From an uncultured Bifidobacterium sp. (GTDB lineage: Bacteria > Verrucomicrobiota > Verrucomicrobiia > Limisphaerales > JADJPG01), in the NCBI GenBank assembly GCA_964491875.1, contig CAZBIC010000037.1, positions 4,567 through 68,566 on the forward strand: a stretch of DNA of 64,000 nt. The letters are read 5' to 3'. The notes beneath the pieces are model-generated. The model made no database searches, was not told the DNA's origin, and saw nothing but the letters and a program-made list of their open reading frames with translations. Positions within the stretch are counted from its first letter, which is position 1. The number at the start of each line of letters is the position of its first letter. Shown one piece after another: positions 47,425-55,722 of this stretch. Made by a program: the position numbers and the translations under genes.

Positions 47425-48875
47425 ATCCCCACGACGAGGCGCCCATTCTTCAGCACCTGACGCGAAGACACTTCTTCAGCCGCTGCGCGCTCGGCCTTGG
47501 GTCCGTCGCGCTGGGCTCGCTCCTGAATCCTTCCCGCAACATGGCCGCGCCCACGTTGCACTCGGACAATCCGATGGCGCCCCGCCAGCCCATGTTCACG
47601 CCGCGCGCGAAGAGCATCATCTACCTCTTCATGGCCGGCGGCCCCTCGCAACTGGAGTTGTTCGACTACAAACCGCGGCTCGTCGAACTCAACGGCCAGC
47701 CCATTCCGCAGTCGTACATCGAGGGAAAACGTTTCGCGTTCATGGACAGCAGCCACGGCACCAAACTGCTCGGCACGCGACGTCAGTTCAAACAACACGG
47801 GCAATCTGGCCGGTGGGTTTCGAATCTCTTCCCGCACACGGCAGGCATCGTCGATGACGCCACGTTCGTCACCACCTGCGCTGCCAGTTTGTTCAACCAC
47901 GCTCCCGCGAAGCTGTTCATGAACACTGGCTCCGGCCAGTTCGGACGTCCGAGCATGGGCTCATGGGTAACCTACGGTCTGGGCAGTGAATCGTCGGATC
48001 TTCCCGGCTTCGTCGTCCTCCAGAGCGGTCCGCGCGGTCCACGCGGCGGCGCCGTGAATTGGGCCAGCGGCTTTCTGCCCACCTCGTTTCAAGGCGTGCC
48101 TCTTCGCAGCACCGGGGATCCGATCCTGAACATTTCCAGTCCAAAAGGAATCTCCGCCGCACGCCAGCGCCAGTGCATCGACACCGTACGCGATTTGAAT
48201 CTCAAACGTCTCGTCGAAACCGGCGACCAGGAAATCTCCACGCGCATCTCCGCCTACGAGATGGCGTATCGCATGCAATCGAGCGCGCCAGAGCTCATCG
48301 ATTTATCCGGCGAATCCGAGGCGACGCTGAAGCTCTACGGCGTGGACAAGGATAAGCCGTCCTTCGCCCGCAACTGTCTGCTCGCGCGGCGCCTGATCGA
48401 GCGCGGCACGCGTTTCGTCCAGCTCTATCACACGAACTGGGACAGCCACGGCGGTCCCGGCGAGAATCTGGAGAACGATTTCGAGAAGGTCTGTCGCGAC
48501 GTGGATCAAGGCCAGGCCGCACTCGTTCACGATCTGAAAGCACGCGGACTTCTCGATGACACGCTGGTCATCTGGGGCGGAGAATTCGGACGCACTCCCA
48601 TGGGCGAGAACCGCGACACCACCGGTCGCAACCATCACATCGACGCCTTCACCATGTGGTTCGCCGGCGGCGGCGTGAAACGCGGCGGCATCATTGGGCA
48701 GACGGATGAACTGGGCTTCAATCCCGTCGAGGATCGCTGTCACGTTCACGACATCCACGCGACGATCCTTCACCTGCTGGGCATCCACCACGAGAAGCTC
48801 ACCTTCAAGTTCCAAGGCCGCGACTTCCGCCTCACCGATGTCCACGGCGACATCATCCACAAGTTGTTGGCGTAG
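47421..48875 (+). CDS. DUF1501 (sulfatase-fold) protein with Tat signal
   Basis: TRRHFFSRCALGLGSVALG leader, YLFMAGGPSQLELFDYKP and GGEFGRTP. ATGA overlap with the DUF1553 gene, the classic pairing. Confidence 0.9.
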   Translation: MNPHDEAPILQHLTRRHFFSRCALGLGSVALGSLLNPSRNMAAPTLHSDNPMAPRQPMFTPRAKSIIYLFMAGGPSQLELFDYKPRLVELNGQPIPQSYIEGKRFAFMDSSHGTKLLGTRRQFKQHGQSGRWVSNLFPHTAGIVDDATFVTTCAASLFNHAPAKLFMNTGSGQFGRPSMGSWVTYGLGSESSDLPGFVVLQSGPRGPRGGAVNWASGFLPTSFQGVPLRSTGDPILNISSPKGISAARQRQCIDTVRDLNLKRLVETGDQEISTRISAYEMAYRMQSSAPELIDLSGESEATLKLYGVDKDKPSFARNCLLARRLIERGTRFVQLYHTNWDSHGGPGENLENDFEKVCRDVDQGQAALVHDLKARGLLDDTLVIWGGEFGRTPMGENRDTTGRNHHIDAFTMWFAGGGVKRGGIIGQTDELGFNPVEDRCHVHDIHATILHLLGIHHEKLTFKFQGRDFRLTDVHGDIIHKLLA

Positions 48876-48930
48876 TTTCCCCCCGTCACTGCCGACGCGC
48901 GAAGGCTTTGTTCCCTCCCTGCAGCGGAAA

Positions 48931-48969
48931 TAAAAAGCGGCAGGCATCACTGCCTGCCGCTCTTTCGTC
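48931..48969. terminator. Bidirectional rho-independent terminator between convergent genes
   Basis: Perfect 10-bp stem gcggcaggca (48937-48946) / tgcctgccgc (48951-48960) with a 4-nt loop. An A-run lies upstream (a T-run on the minus strand) and tctttcgtc lies downstream. Confidence 0.75.
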
Positions 48970-48982
48970 AAAACTCGATCTG

Positions 48983-49678
48983 CTACGCCGCCTTCGGCAC
49001 TGCGATCACCGGCTCTGCCGTGGAGCTGGTCGCGGTCGCTCCGCTGACGACTGAGCGCGCCACCTGGTAACGCTGGTAGAAATCCGCATCCGACGCGCGG
49101 AACTGCCAGATCAATTTGTCCACACGCTGGCTCAGCAGCCGTTCCACTTTCGGGAACGTTTCCTCCAGCTGACGCGTCGCCGCGGCGGACGCCGCTCGCG
49201 TCTGGCGCGGCAGCCCACGCACCGTGTCATACGCCTTCAACTTTTGTTTCGCTGCCGTCAGCTTCGCCTGGGTCACGCCATGCTCCGCGAGCGAGGCGAG
49301 ATTCTCCGTTGCCGTGTCGATGACGTCCTGACACCGCGCCACGATCGCATTGCTGCTCCCGGCGACCACGCCGCTGCGCGAGAACCGCACGCGCCCGGCC
49401 AGCGTGAAGTCCGCGCCCGCCTCGGCGAAGGACACCACCGCACCGGCGAGTTCATACACCGCGTCGCCGAGGTCCGTGAGCGCGCTGGCCTTCGCCTCCG
49501 CCGCGCCGTTGGCGGAGGATTGCACCTGCGCGAGTGCGTTGATGTCGGTGATGAATTCCGTAAGGGCATCCGCCGCCTCATCGAGCGCGGGCAAGGTGCC
49601 CACCTTCTCCTCGTTCGCTGTGAGCAACGTCTGCACCGCCAGATACGCATTCAACTTCGCTGACTGCTGTTTGTTCAT
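48983..49678 (-). CDS. Hypothetical all-helical protein (231 aa)
   Basis: Balanced A/L/E/T-rich helical composition starting at MNKQQSAKLNAY. The region upstream of that Met in the track ORF is R/G/C-rich and looks non-coding. No family recognised. Confidence 0.5.
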   Translation of the reverse strand: MNKQQSAKLNAYLAVQTLLTANEEKVGTLPALDEAADALTEFITDINALAQVQSSANGAAEAKASALTDLGDAVYELAGAVVSFAEAGADFTLAGRVRFSRSGVVAGSSNAIVARCQDVIDTATENLASLAEHGVTQAKLTAAKQKLKAYDTVRGLPRQTRAASAAATRQLEETFPKVERLLSQRVDKLIWQFRASDADFYQRYQVARSVVSGATATSSTAEPVIAVPKAA

Positions 49679-49883
49679 AATGATCCTGTGCTGTTCTTGA
49701 TGATTGATCTGTCGTTCGTGTGAACCCACCTCCTGGGGACATTTGCGCCAACCTTGGCTGCGGACGGTGATGCAACCACCATGCCAGCGCCTGCAGTGTT
49801 GATTTCGCGAACCTTCGCGAGCCGCAGCGTCGCGGGAATAGGCAGATCCCGTCCAATCCCGTTCCCGCCTGTCTCGAACTGTG

Positions 49884-49985
49884 ACAACTTCCCTGCGCCC
49901 GAAGCCCAACCATCGATGGGGCGAAACTCCGTTGAGCCCAGATCAACCCGGAACGCCGAACTCCGTTTCCGCGCGTTCCGTTAAC
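49884..49985 (+). repeat. Direct repeat copy A (left flank of accessory segment)
   Basis: About 79% identical by eye over ~84 nt to 58530-58612. Exact cores are ccgaagcccaaccat, cgaaactccgtt and cgccgaac. Confidence 0.6.
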
Positions 49986-50221
49986 CATCGGCAGAGGTCC
50001 AAACCACCAATGGTCACGAATCGACACGAATTTGGAAACCGGCCACCGAATGGCGAACGCCCTCCGCCCCTACGGTGTGTTTCCCAGATGGGGCACTCCG
50101 CGAGGTAGCGCAGGCGTCCCCGCCTGCGAGTTCCGGCGACGTCTCGTCGCGAGGCCAACGGGGCGGGACGCCCCGCGCGCCCGCAGCCGGGACGGCCGCG
50201 CTACGCTCCCGCCACTGTTCC

Positions 50222-50299
50222 ATCGATCACCACCAGCCGCCCGCCTTCGTGCTGGAAAACGTGAAATACCTCGTCCGCCACGACCAAGGCCGCGTGTAG
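50222..50299 (+). pseudogene. Fragment of a C5 cytosine DNA methyltransferase (ENV motif region only)
   Basis: Translates to IDHHQPPAFVLENVKYLVRHDQGRV*, which matches the motif V-VI region of C5-MTases (P..fvlENVkgL..hd.G). There is no upstream motif I/IV. It abuts the RAYT-associated repeat. Confidence 0.45.
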
Positions 50300-50925
50300 T
50301 ACCGTAGGTGCGCCATCTTTGTAGAACCAACAGGATAGAGATTTTCAAGCTCCGTCAGGAGCGGCATCCTCTGCGCATGGCCAACACCTACTCCCAAATC
50401 TACATCCAGGTCGTGTTTGCCGTCGAAGGCAGGCAGAATCTCATCAAACCGGAATACAACGACGAGCTGCAGAAATACATCACCGGCATTGTATCCGCTC
50501 AGAGGCACAAACTGATCGCCATAAACAACATGCCGGATCATCTGCACTTGCTTGTTGGCCTGCGACCCGATGCGGCGCTCTCCGAACTTGTGCGAGACAT
50601 CAAGGCGAACTCGTCCCGTTTCATCAGCGAAAAGCGCTGGGTGCCGGGCCGGTTTTCGTGGCAGGAAGGTTTCAGTGCGTTCTCCTATTCGCGTTCGCAA
50701 CTCAGCACGGTGATTCGCTACATCGAGAACCAGCAGAAGCATCATGCCAGGAAATCGTTTCTCGAAGAATACACCGCGCTGCTCGACAAGTTTGAGGTGG
50801 AATACGACCAACGCTACATCTTCAAACCCATCGAGCGGTGAAAGCGTCGGCAGCGCCGTAGGTGCGCCATCTTTGTAGAACCAACGGGATATAAATTCTC
50901 AAGCTCCGTCAGGAGCGACATCTTC
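50299..50925 (+). mobile_element. IS200/IS605-like RAYT unit: Y1 transposase gene flanked by ~70-bp direct copies of its REP-like sequence
   Basis: ccgtaggtgcgccatctttgtagaaccaac.ggata.a.att.tcaagctccgtcaggagcg.catc occurs at 50299-50368 and again at 50856-50925, on either side of the transposase CDS. Confidence 0.65.
50377..50841 (+). CDS. REP-associated tyrosine transposase (RAYT; IS200-type Y1/HUH transposase)
   Basis: MANTYSQIYIQVVFAVEGRQNLI..., the HUH motif in MPDHLHLLVGL, and C-terminal SRSQLSTVIRYIENQQKHH. 154 aa, the typical size. Confidence 0.85.
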   Translation: MANTYSQIYIQVVFAVEGRQNLIKPEYNDELQKYITGIVSAQRHKLIAINNMPDHLHLLVGLRPDAALSELVRDIKANSSRFISEKRWVPGRFSWQEGFSAFSYSRSQLSTVIRYIENQQKHHARKSFLEEYTALLDKFEVEYDQRYIFKPIER

Positions 50926-51450
50926 CGGTGTGATACGGAAGGTGCCGCCCCTACGGGGCTGGGGATTTATTTGGGACGGTTTTTCTACAACGATGCCGCG
51001 CCTACGGCGCTCTCGATGAATCCCCCCTTCTAGCGCCGTAGGTGCGCCATCTCTGTAGAACCAACAGGATAGAGATTCTAAAGCTCCGTCAGGAGCGACA
51101 TCTTCCGGTGTGATACGGAAGGTGCCGCCCCTACGGGGCTGGGGATTTATTTGGGACGGTTTTTCTACAAAGATGCCGCGCCTACGGCGCTCTCGATGAA
51201 TCCCCCCTTGTAGCGCCGTAGGTGCGCCATCTTTGTAGAACCAACGGGATATAAATTCTCAAGTTCCGTCAGGAGCGACATCTTCCGGTGTGCTGCGGAA
51301 GGTACCACCCCTACGGGGCTGGGGATCCATTTTGGACGGTTTTTCTACAAAGATGCCGCGCCTACGGCGCTCTCGATGAATCCCCCTTGTAGCACCGTAG
51401 GTGCGCCATCTTTGTAGAACCAACAGGATATAGATTCTCAAGCTCCGAAA
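50853..51450 (+). repeat. Tandem array (3.3 copies, 180-bp period) of hairpin-rich REP/MITE-like units
   Basis: Unit starts are at 50853, 51033, 51213 and 51392 (partial). Each unit has ~25-bp terminal inverted repeats (gtaggtgcgccatctttgtagaacc / ggtttttctacaaagatgccgcgcctac). Internal hairpins are cttccg..cggaag, gctccgtcaggagc and cccctacgggg. Confidence 0.85.
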
Positions 51451-51473
51451 GGGCGACCCAACCTTCAACCTGG

Positions 51474-51517
51474 CTGATCGTCCATAGACCTTTCCCGCCC
51501 GGCGTATGGACTATCAG
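51474..51517 (+). promoter_or_regulatory. Candidate controller-protein operator (C-box-like inverted repeat) abutting the HTH1 start
   Basis: Arms ctgatcgtccata (51474-51486) and tatggactatcag (51505-51517) match at 12/13 positions and are separated by an 18-nt spacer. The right arm ends 2 nt before the ATG at 51520. The arms are conserved exactly in the relic locus at 15317-15360. Confidence 0.6.
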
Positions 51518-51519
51518 TC

Positions 51520-51759
51520 ATGCCGAAACGTGACACCGTCCTTGCCGCCCTCGGGCAAAACGTCCGCCGCCGCCGTGAGGCGCGCGACCTGACGCAGGAG
51601 AAGCTGGCTGAGAAAGCCGGGCTCGATCCCACCTACATCTCCGGCATCGAACGCGGGTTGCGGAATCCCGGCATCAAGAACGTTGCGAAACTCGCCAAGG
51701 CTCTCGGCTTCAGCACCGCGGAACTTTGCAAAAGGGGGGTCTCGGCTCGAACATTGTAG
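51520..51759 (+). CDS. XRE-family HTH protein 1 (controller/C-protein-like)
   Basis: 79 aa. HTH_3 pattern: LGQNVRRRREARDLTQEKLAEKAGLDPTYISGIERGLRNPGIKNVAKLAKALG. Confidence 0.85.
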   Translation: MPKRDTVLAALGQNVRRRREARDLTQEKLAEKAGLDPTYISGIERGLRNPGIKNVAKLAKALGFSTAELCKRGVSARTL

Positions 51760-51798
51760 CCGATAGTCCACAGACGAAATGGCATCGTCCTGCACATC

Positions 51799-52035
51799 AT
51801 GCAGAAAATGCCAACAAAGGATCGGATCCTCGTTTCTTTCGGCCAAAATGTCGCTCGAATACGCGACCAGCGGGGGCTTTCCCAAGACAAACTTGCTGAG
51901 AAGGCCGACCTTGATCGCACCTACATCAGTGGCATCGAGCGCGGCGTCCGTAATCCCGGCGTTAAGACGGTCATTCGCATCGCGAAGGCGCTGCATGTCA
52001 CCGTGGGCGAATTGTGCAAGGGGGTGGAAGCGTGA
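51799..52035 (+). CDS. XRE-family HTH protein 2 (tandem paralogue of HTH1)
   Basis: About 60% identical by eye to HTH1 (FGQNVARIRDQRGLSQDKLAEKADLDRTYISGIERGVRNPGVKTVIRIAKAL). By homology the start may be the second Met at 51808. Confidence 0.85.
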   Translation: MQKMPTKDRILVSFGQNVARIRDQRGLSQDKLAEKADLDRTYISGIERGVRNPGVKTVIRIAKALHVTVGELCKGVEA

Positions 52036-53861
52036 ACCGGAGGCAAAAGATCTCCGATGGAGTCATCCGCGAGGAATCCACTTCATATCGGGTTTCATCC
52101 GCTAATTCTCCTTCTTCGCTGCAGTGTAATGTGCCGTCACTCACGTGCATCGATCTGTTCTGCGGCTGTGGCGGGTTCAGCCTCGGAATGCAGCGCGCCG
52201 GGTTCAAGGTTCTCGCCGCCATCGACTTCAACGAAGAAGCGGTGGCAACGTTCAAAGCGAATTTTCCGAAGGAGACGCTGGCGCTCAGCAAGGATCTAAC
52301 GACTTTCACGCCCGACAAGTTGATCGCCAAGCTCCACACGAACCAGGTGGACGTGATTGTCGGAGGACCGCCCTGTCAGGGCTTTAGTACGGTGCGTCAA
52401 GTGGACGCCGCGAATCACGGCTCGCGTGTGAAGCGCGACAAGCGCCGATACCTGTTCCGTTCCTTTTTGGATTATGTAAACGCGTTTCGCCCGCGCGTGT
52501 TTGTCATGGAGAACGTCCTCGGCATCCAGAGTGCCGCCAAGGGCAAGTTCTTTACCCTCGTGCAGTCCGAGGCGCGCAAACTTGGCTATCGGGTTCATTC
52601 CCAAGTCGAGGAATCTTGGAAGCTGGGCGTGCCGCAGAAACGCCGCCGTCAGCTCGTCATCGGCGTCCGAAATGATGTGCCGGGATATTTCCCCGGCGAA
52701 CTGGGTCCGGCAAAGCGCGCCTTCAGAGCGCCGGTCTCCGACCCGGCGCGTTCGTGTTCTGACTCGACCTCCGGCACTACTCCAGCCGCTCCGACTCTCT
52801 GGGATGCCATCGGAGATTTGCCGCCGCTCGTCGCAGGAGCGGGCGAAGAAGAACGCGATTACGATTTGAAACTTCGCGCGGAGCATCTTACAAGGCGCGA
52901 CCAAAGAGCCACACACTACCTCGAACAGGTGCTCGAAGTCCATCACACTACCAAGCTCACCGCGCACCGCGCCCGCCCCCACAGCGAGCGTGACCTGCGC
53001 GACTTCGCCCGGATGCTGGAGGGTGAAACCGGCGACCAAACCATCGCTCGCGGTGAAGAGATGGAGTTTCCCTATAAACGAAGCGTGTTTCTCGACCGCT
53101 ACACCCGCCAGCACCGCGAACGGCTCTGCTCGACGATTGTGGCGCATCTCGCGAAGGACGGCCTGATGTTCATCCATCCTACGCAAAACCGTTCGCTCAC
53201 GCCGCGCGAGGCCGCGCGCGTGCAAAGTTTCCCGGACTGGTTTCAGTTTCCCGTGGCCCGGACGCATCAGTTCCGCATCATCGGCAACGCCGTGCCACCG
53301 CTGGTGGCCGAGGCTGTGGGCGAGGAGTTGACGCGATTTCTCGCAGCACCGCTCCAGGACATGGCGAATCGTCGTGGACACGGTATTGATTCGGAACACA
53401 CCGGGTCGGAGACCGGCGCTCCGTTGCCCGCCACCCGTTCCGCAGCCGCGCATCAGTTGGAATCCCTCGCCCGCCTCGACCGGCGGCAGCTCCGCGCCCT
53501 GTCCACCAGGGAATTTCTCTGCGGCTGGCGCGCTCTCCTGTTTCTCTTTCCCGACCTTCATCCCGACAGCGCACAGGATCACGGGGGTGACTCGGAAATC
53601 ATCAGTGCCGACCAGCTTGCCTTGCCCGGTTACGAGGAACTGCTTGCAAAGAGATTTGTCCGCAGCGGCTGGCCCGTCGCTCTGGAAGCCATCGGCGTCG
53701 AAGCCTGGCGGCGGGTTGATGCCCGAGAGCTCACGGACAAGGAATTTTACTGCGCGGAGGCGCAGCGAGCAGGGTTGGCGACATCAAAGTCAGCGGTTTC
53801 GACAGGGGGGACAAATCATGGCAGCAGAATGGATATTCAGGGAACTCCGTCCGGGAGATAA
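52032..53861 (+). CDS. C5 cytosine-specific DNA methyltransferase with ~190-aa C-terminal extension
   Basis: Motif I DLFCGCGGFSLG, motif IV GGPPCQGFS, VMENV, QKRRR, RSLTPREAARVQSFPD and motif X GNAVPPLVAEAVG. The GTG at 52032 makes a GTGA overlap with the HTH2 stop (alternative GTG at 52014). Confidence 0.92.
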   Translation: MNRRQKISDGVIREESTSYRVSSANSPSSLQCNVPSLTCIDLFCGCGGFSLGMQRAGFKVLAAIDFNEEAVATFKANFPKETLALSKDLTTFTPDKLIAKLHTNQVDVIVGGPPCQGFSTVRQVDAANHGSRVKRDKRRYLFRSFLDYVNAFRPRVFVMENVLGIQSAAKGKFFTLVQSEARKLGYRVHSQVEESWKLGVPQKRRRQLVIGVRNDVPGYFPGELGPAKRAFRAPVSDPARSCSDSTSGTTPAAPTLWDAIGDLPPLVAGAGEEERDYDLKLRAEHLTRRDQRATHYLEQVLEVHHTTKLTAHRARPHSERDLRDFARMLEGETGDQTIARGEEMEFPYKRSVFLDRYTRQHRERLCSTIVAHLAKDGLMFIHPTQNRSLTPREAARVQSFPDWFQFPVARTHQFRIIGNAVPPLVAEAVGEELTRFLAAPLQDMANRRGHGIDSEHTGSETGAPLPATRSAAAHQLESLARLDRRQLRALSTREFLCGWRALLFLFPDLHPDSAQDHGGDSEIISADQLALPGYEELLAKRFVRSGWPVALEAIGVEAWRRVDARELTDKEFYCAEAQRAGLATSKSAVSTGGTNHGSRMDIQGTPSGR

Positions 53862-55722
53862 AGACCGACAACCAACACAGGGAGAGTTCTTCGCAACGGA
53901 CGCAATCAAGTCCGTTGCAGAGGCGTTGGTCCGCGAAAGTGTTCAAAACACTCTTGATGCCGGACTCAAAATTAATGGCCATCCGGTTCGTGTGCGTTTT
54001 CATCTAGCGAAGGGGAATCACGCGCTCGCAGCCACGGACGTTCAACGTTACTTCAAAACTGGCTGGCCGCATTTTGAAGCAAAGGGGAACGGCTTGGATA
54101 ACATTCCGTCAGCCCATGATGCTTGTCCATTCTTGGTGGTCGAAGACTTTGGAACAACTGGTCTCATCGGTGACATCAAGCAATGGCGGCATATTCCGGG
54201 AGACAAAAACCCGTTCTATTTCTTCTTCCGCACCGAAGGCCGTTCGGGAAAGGGCGAGGAAGACCGTGGGCGCTGGGGTGTAGGCAAGTATGTGTTCCCG
54301 CGTTCGAGTGAGATCAACTCTTTTCTGGCTTTGACGGTCCGCAACGACGACAAGAAACGCTTTCTCATGGGGCAGGCAGTATTGAAATCGCACACAGTCG
54401 GAACGAAATACTTCACACCAGACGGAGACTTTGGAAACGATGATGGAGAGGGGTTTGTTCTGCCGGAGGACGACAAAAGCGTACTTGACCGCTTTTCAAA
54501 AGATTTCGGCCTGAAACGAAAGAACGAGCCGGGATTGTCGGTTGTTGTGCCTTGGGTGGATGACACAATCAACCTTGATGGGCTTCTGCAAGCAGTGATT
54601 GAAGACTACTTTCACCCCATTCTTGCGGGCGAATTGGTTGTAGATGTCTCAAATGGAACGAAGGAGTTGGAAGTCTCAGCCGATTCGCTTGGCGAGATCT
54701 GCAAACAGCTTGGCGCCGAGTTCGAAGCCAAGATGCTTCCAGTATTGAAGCTCTCCAAATGGGCACGAGGGCTATCGGATGATGCATTCGTAACTCTCAA
54801 GCCCGCGAATCCCGACCGGCCCAAGTGGGAGGCGGCGCTTGTTCCGGTTGAATTGATACCGAGTCTCCGTGAGAAATTCCGAGCCGGCGAAGCACTGGCT
54901 GTAAAAGTTCCTTTGACTGTCCGCGAAAAGAGAGGTGACGCACGTGAATCGTTCTTCAAAATCTTCCTCATGCACGACGGGAGTGAAGAGGGAAATCCGC
55001 TTTTCGTTCGTGATGGGATCATCATCTCAGACGTTCGCGGAAACTGGGTCGCGGGTGTTCGATCTATTGTCGTCATTGATCACGGGCCGCTCGCCAAACT
55101 TCTAGGTGATTCGGAGAACCCTGCTCACACGCAGTGGCAAAAAGACCGCGAGCACTTTCGACACAAATACACCTACGGAAAATCCTACATCGATTTCGTA
55201 ACTCAAAGCGTCTCGATGTTTGTTCGCTGCTTGAACGAATCAGATGAGCAGCCTGACAAGGATTTGTTACGGGAGATTTTTTCGATTCCCAAGAAGCCTG
55301 AATCGAACGACCCAAAGGAAAAATCCAAGAGGCGTAAGCGTAATAAGGGTGAGGTTATCAATCCCGAACCAGCGGTTGAACCCAAGAAACGACGTTTCAC
55401 GCTCTCAAAGGTCGCTGGAGGGTTCACCGTAACACGCGGACAACCGGATGCCTTAACACCAGCCGCCTTGGACATCTCGGTGGCCTACGACCGGCGCCGC
55501 GGTAATCCGCTTAAGAAGTACATCACTGCTGATTTCAGAATTAACGAATCTCCAATTAAGATCGAATGTGTTGGCGCAAAACCAGCAGAACGGCAGAAGA
55601 ACCGACTGGTAGTGAATATCACTCAGCCAGATTTCAGCGTCACTGTGTCTGGTTTCGACGAGAACCGGGATCTGTTCGTCGATGTGAAAGCGAAGGAGGA
55701 GATCAATGATCCGAAGACTTAA
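53818..55722 (+). CDS. GHKL-superfamily ATPase (MORC/sacsin/MutL-like N-terminal Bergerat fold), 634 aa
   Basis: N-box ESVQNTLDA (53935-53961), G1 box EDFGTTG (54142-54162) and G2 box GRWGVGK (54268-54288). The ATG at 53818 is preceded by agggggg and overlaps the MTase 3' end by 44 nt. The C-terminal ~400 aa are unrecognised and include a K/R-rich patch (KEKSKRRKRNKG). Confidence 0.8.
   Translation: MAAEWIFRELRPGDKDRQPTQGEFFATDAIKSVAEALVRESVQNTLDAGLKINGHPVRVRFHLAKGNHALAATDVQRYFKTGWPHFEAKGNGLDNIPSAHDACPFLVVEDFGTTGLIGDIKQWRHIPGDKNPFYFFFRTEGRSGKGEEDRGRWGVGKYVFPRSSEINSFLALTVRNDDKKRFLMGQAVLKSHTVGTKYFTPDGDFGNDDGEGFVLPEDDKSVLDRFSKDFGLKRKNEPGLSVVVPWVDDTINLDGLLQAVIEDYFHPILAGELVVDVSNGTKELEVSADSLGEICKQLGAEFEAKMLPVLKLSKWARGLSDDAFVTLKPANPDRPKWEAALVPVELIPSLREKFRAGEALAVKVPLTVREKRGDARESFFKIFLMHDGSEEGNPLFVRDGIIISDVRGNWVAGVRSIVVIDHGPLAKLLGDSENPAHTQWQKDREHFRHKYTYGKSYIDFVTQSVSMFVRCLNESDEQPDKDLLREIFSIPKKPESNDPKEKSKRRKRNKGEVINPEPAVEPKKRRFTLSKVAGGFTVTRGQPDALTPAALDISVAYDRRRGNPLKKYITADFRINESPIKIECVGAKPAERQKNRLVVNITQPDFSVTVSGFDENRDLFVDVKAKEEINDPKT

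Noticed and set aside
50853-51450. A regularly spaced repeat array that could be mistaken for CRISPR.
   Set aside because: The whole 180-bp unit repeats, so there are no unique spacers between short repeats. The units carry terminal inverted repeats and match the flanks of the adjacent RAYT gene. No cas genes are present in the window.
15366-51468. The 36 kb between the relic and the intact cassette as one large mobile island or inversion bounded by the two homologous loci.
   Set aside because: The intervening genes are core housekeeping (Bat operon, rsmH, hom-thrC, upp, mnmA and others) with backbone-like composition. The two copies are diverged (~85%) rather than recent duplicates. An ancient inversion cannot be excluded, but nothing in the sequence requires it.
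52296-53582. Long antisense ORF (428 aa) opposite the methyltransferase. Similar long shadow ORFs include 12310-13266, 20359-21291, 24255-25613, 28819-30096, 38497-39960, 39866-40843, 41467-42705, 43617-44738 and 17524-18588.
   Set aside because: Each lies antisense to a gene with clear family motifs. Each has R/G/A/E-biased or low-complexity composition with no motif. Long open antisense frames are expected in high-GC DNA.
53374-53817. 148-codon N-terminal extension of the GHKL ATPase ORF as given in the track.
   Set aside because: The extension lies wholly inside the MTase coding region in another frame and is P/S/R-rich. The ATG at 53818 has a G-rich SD and starts just upstream of the ATPase N-box.
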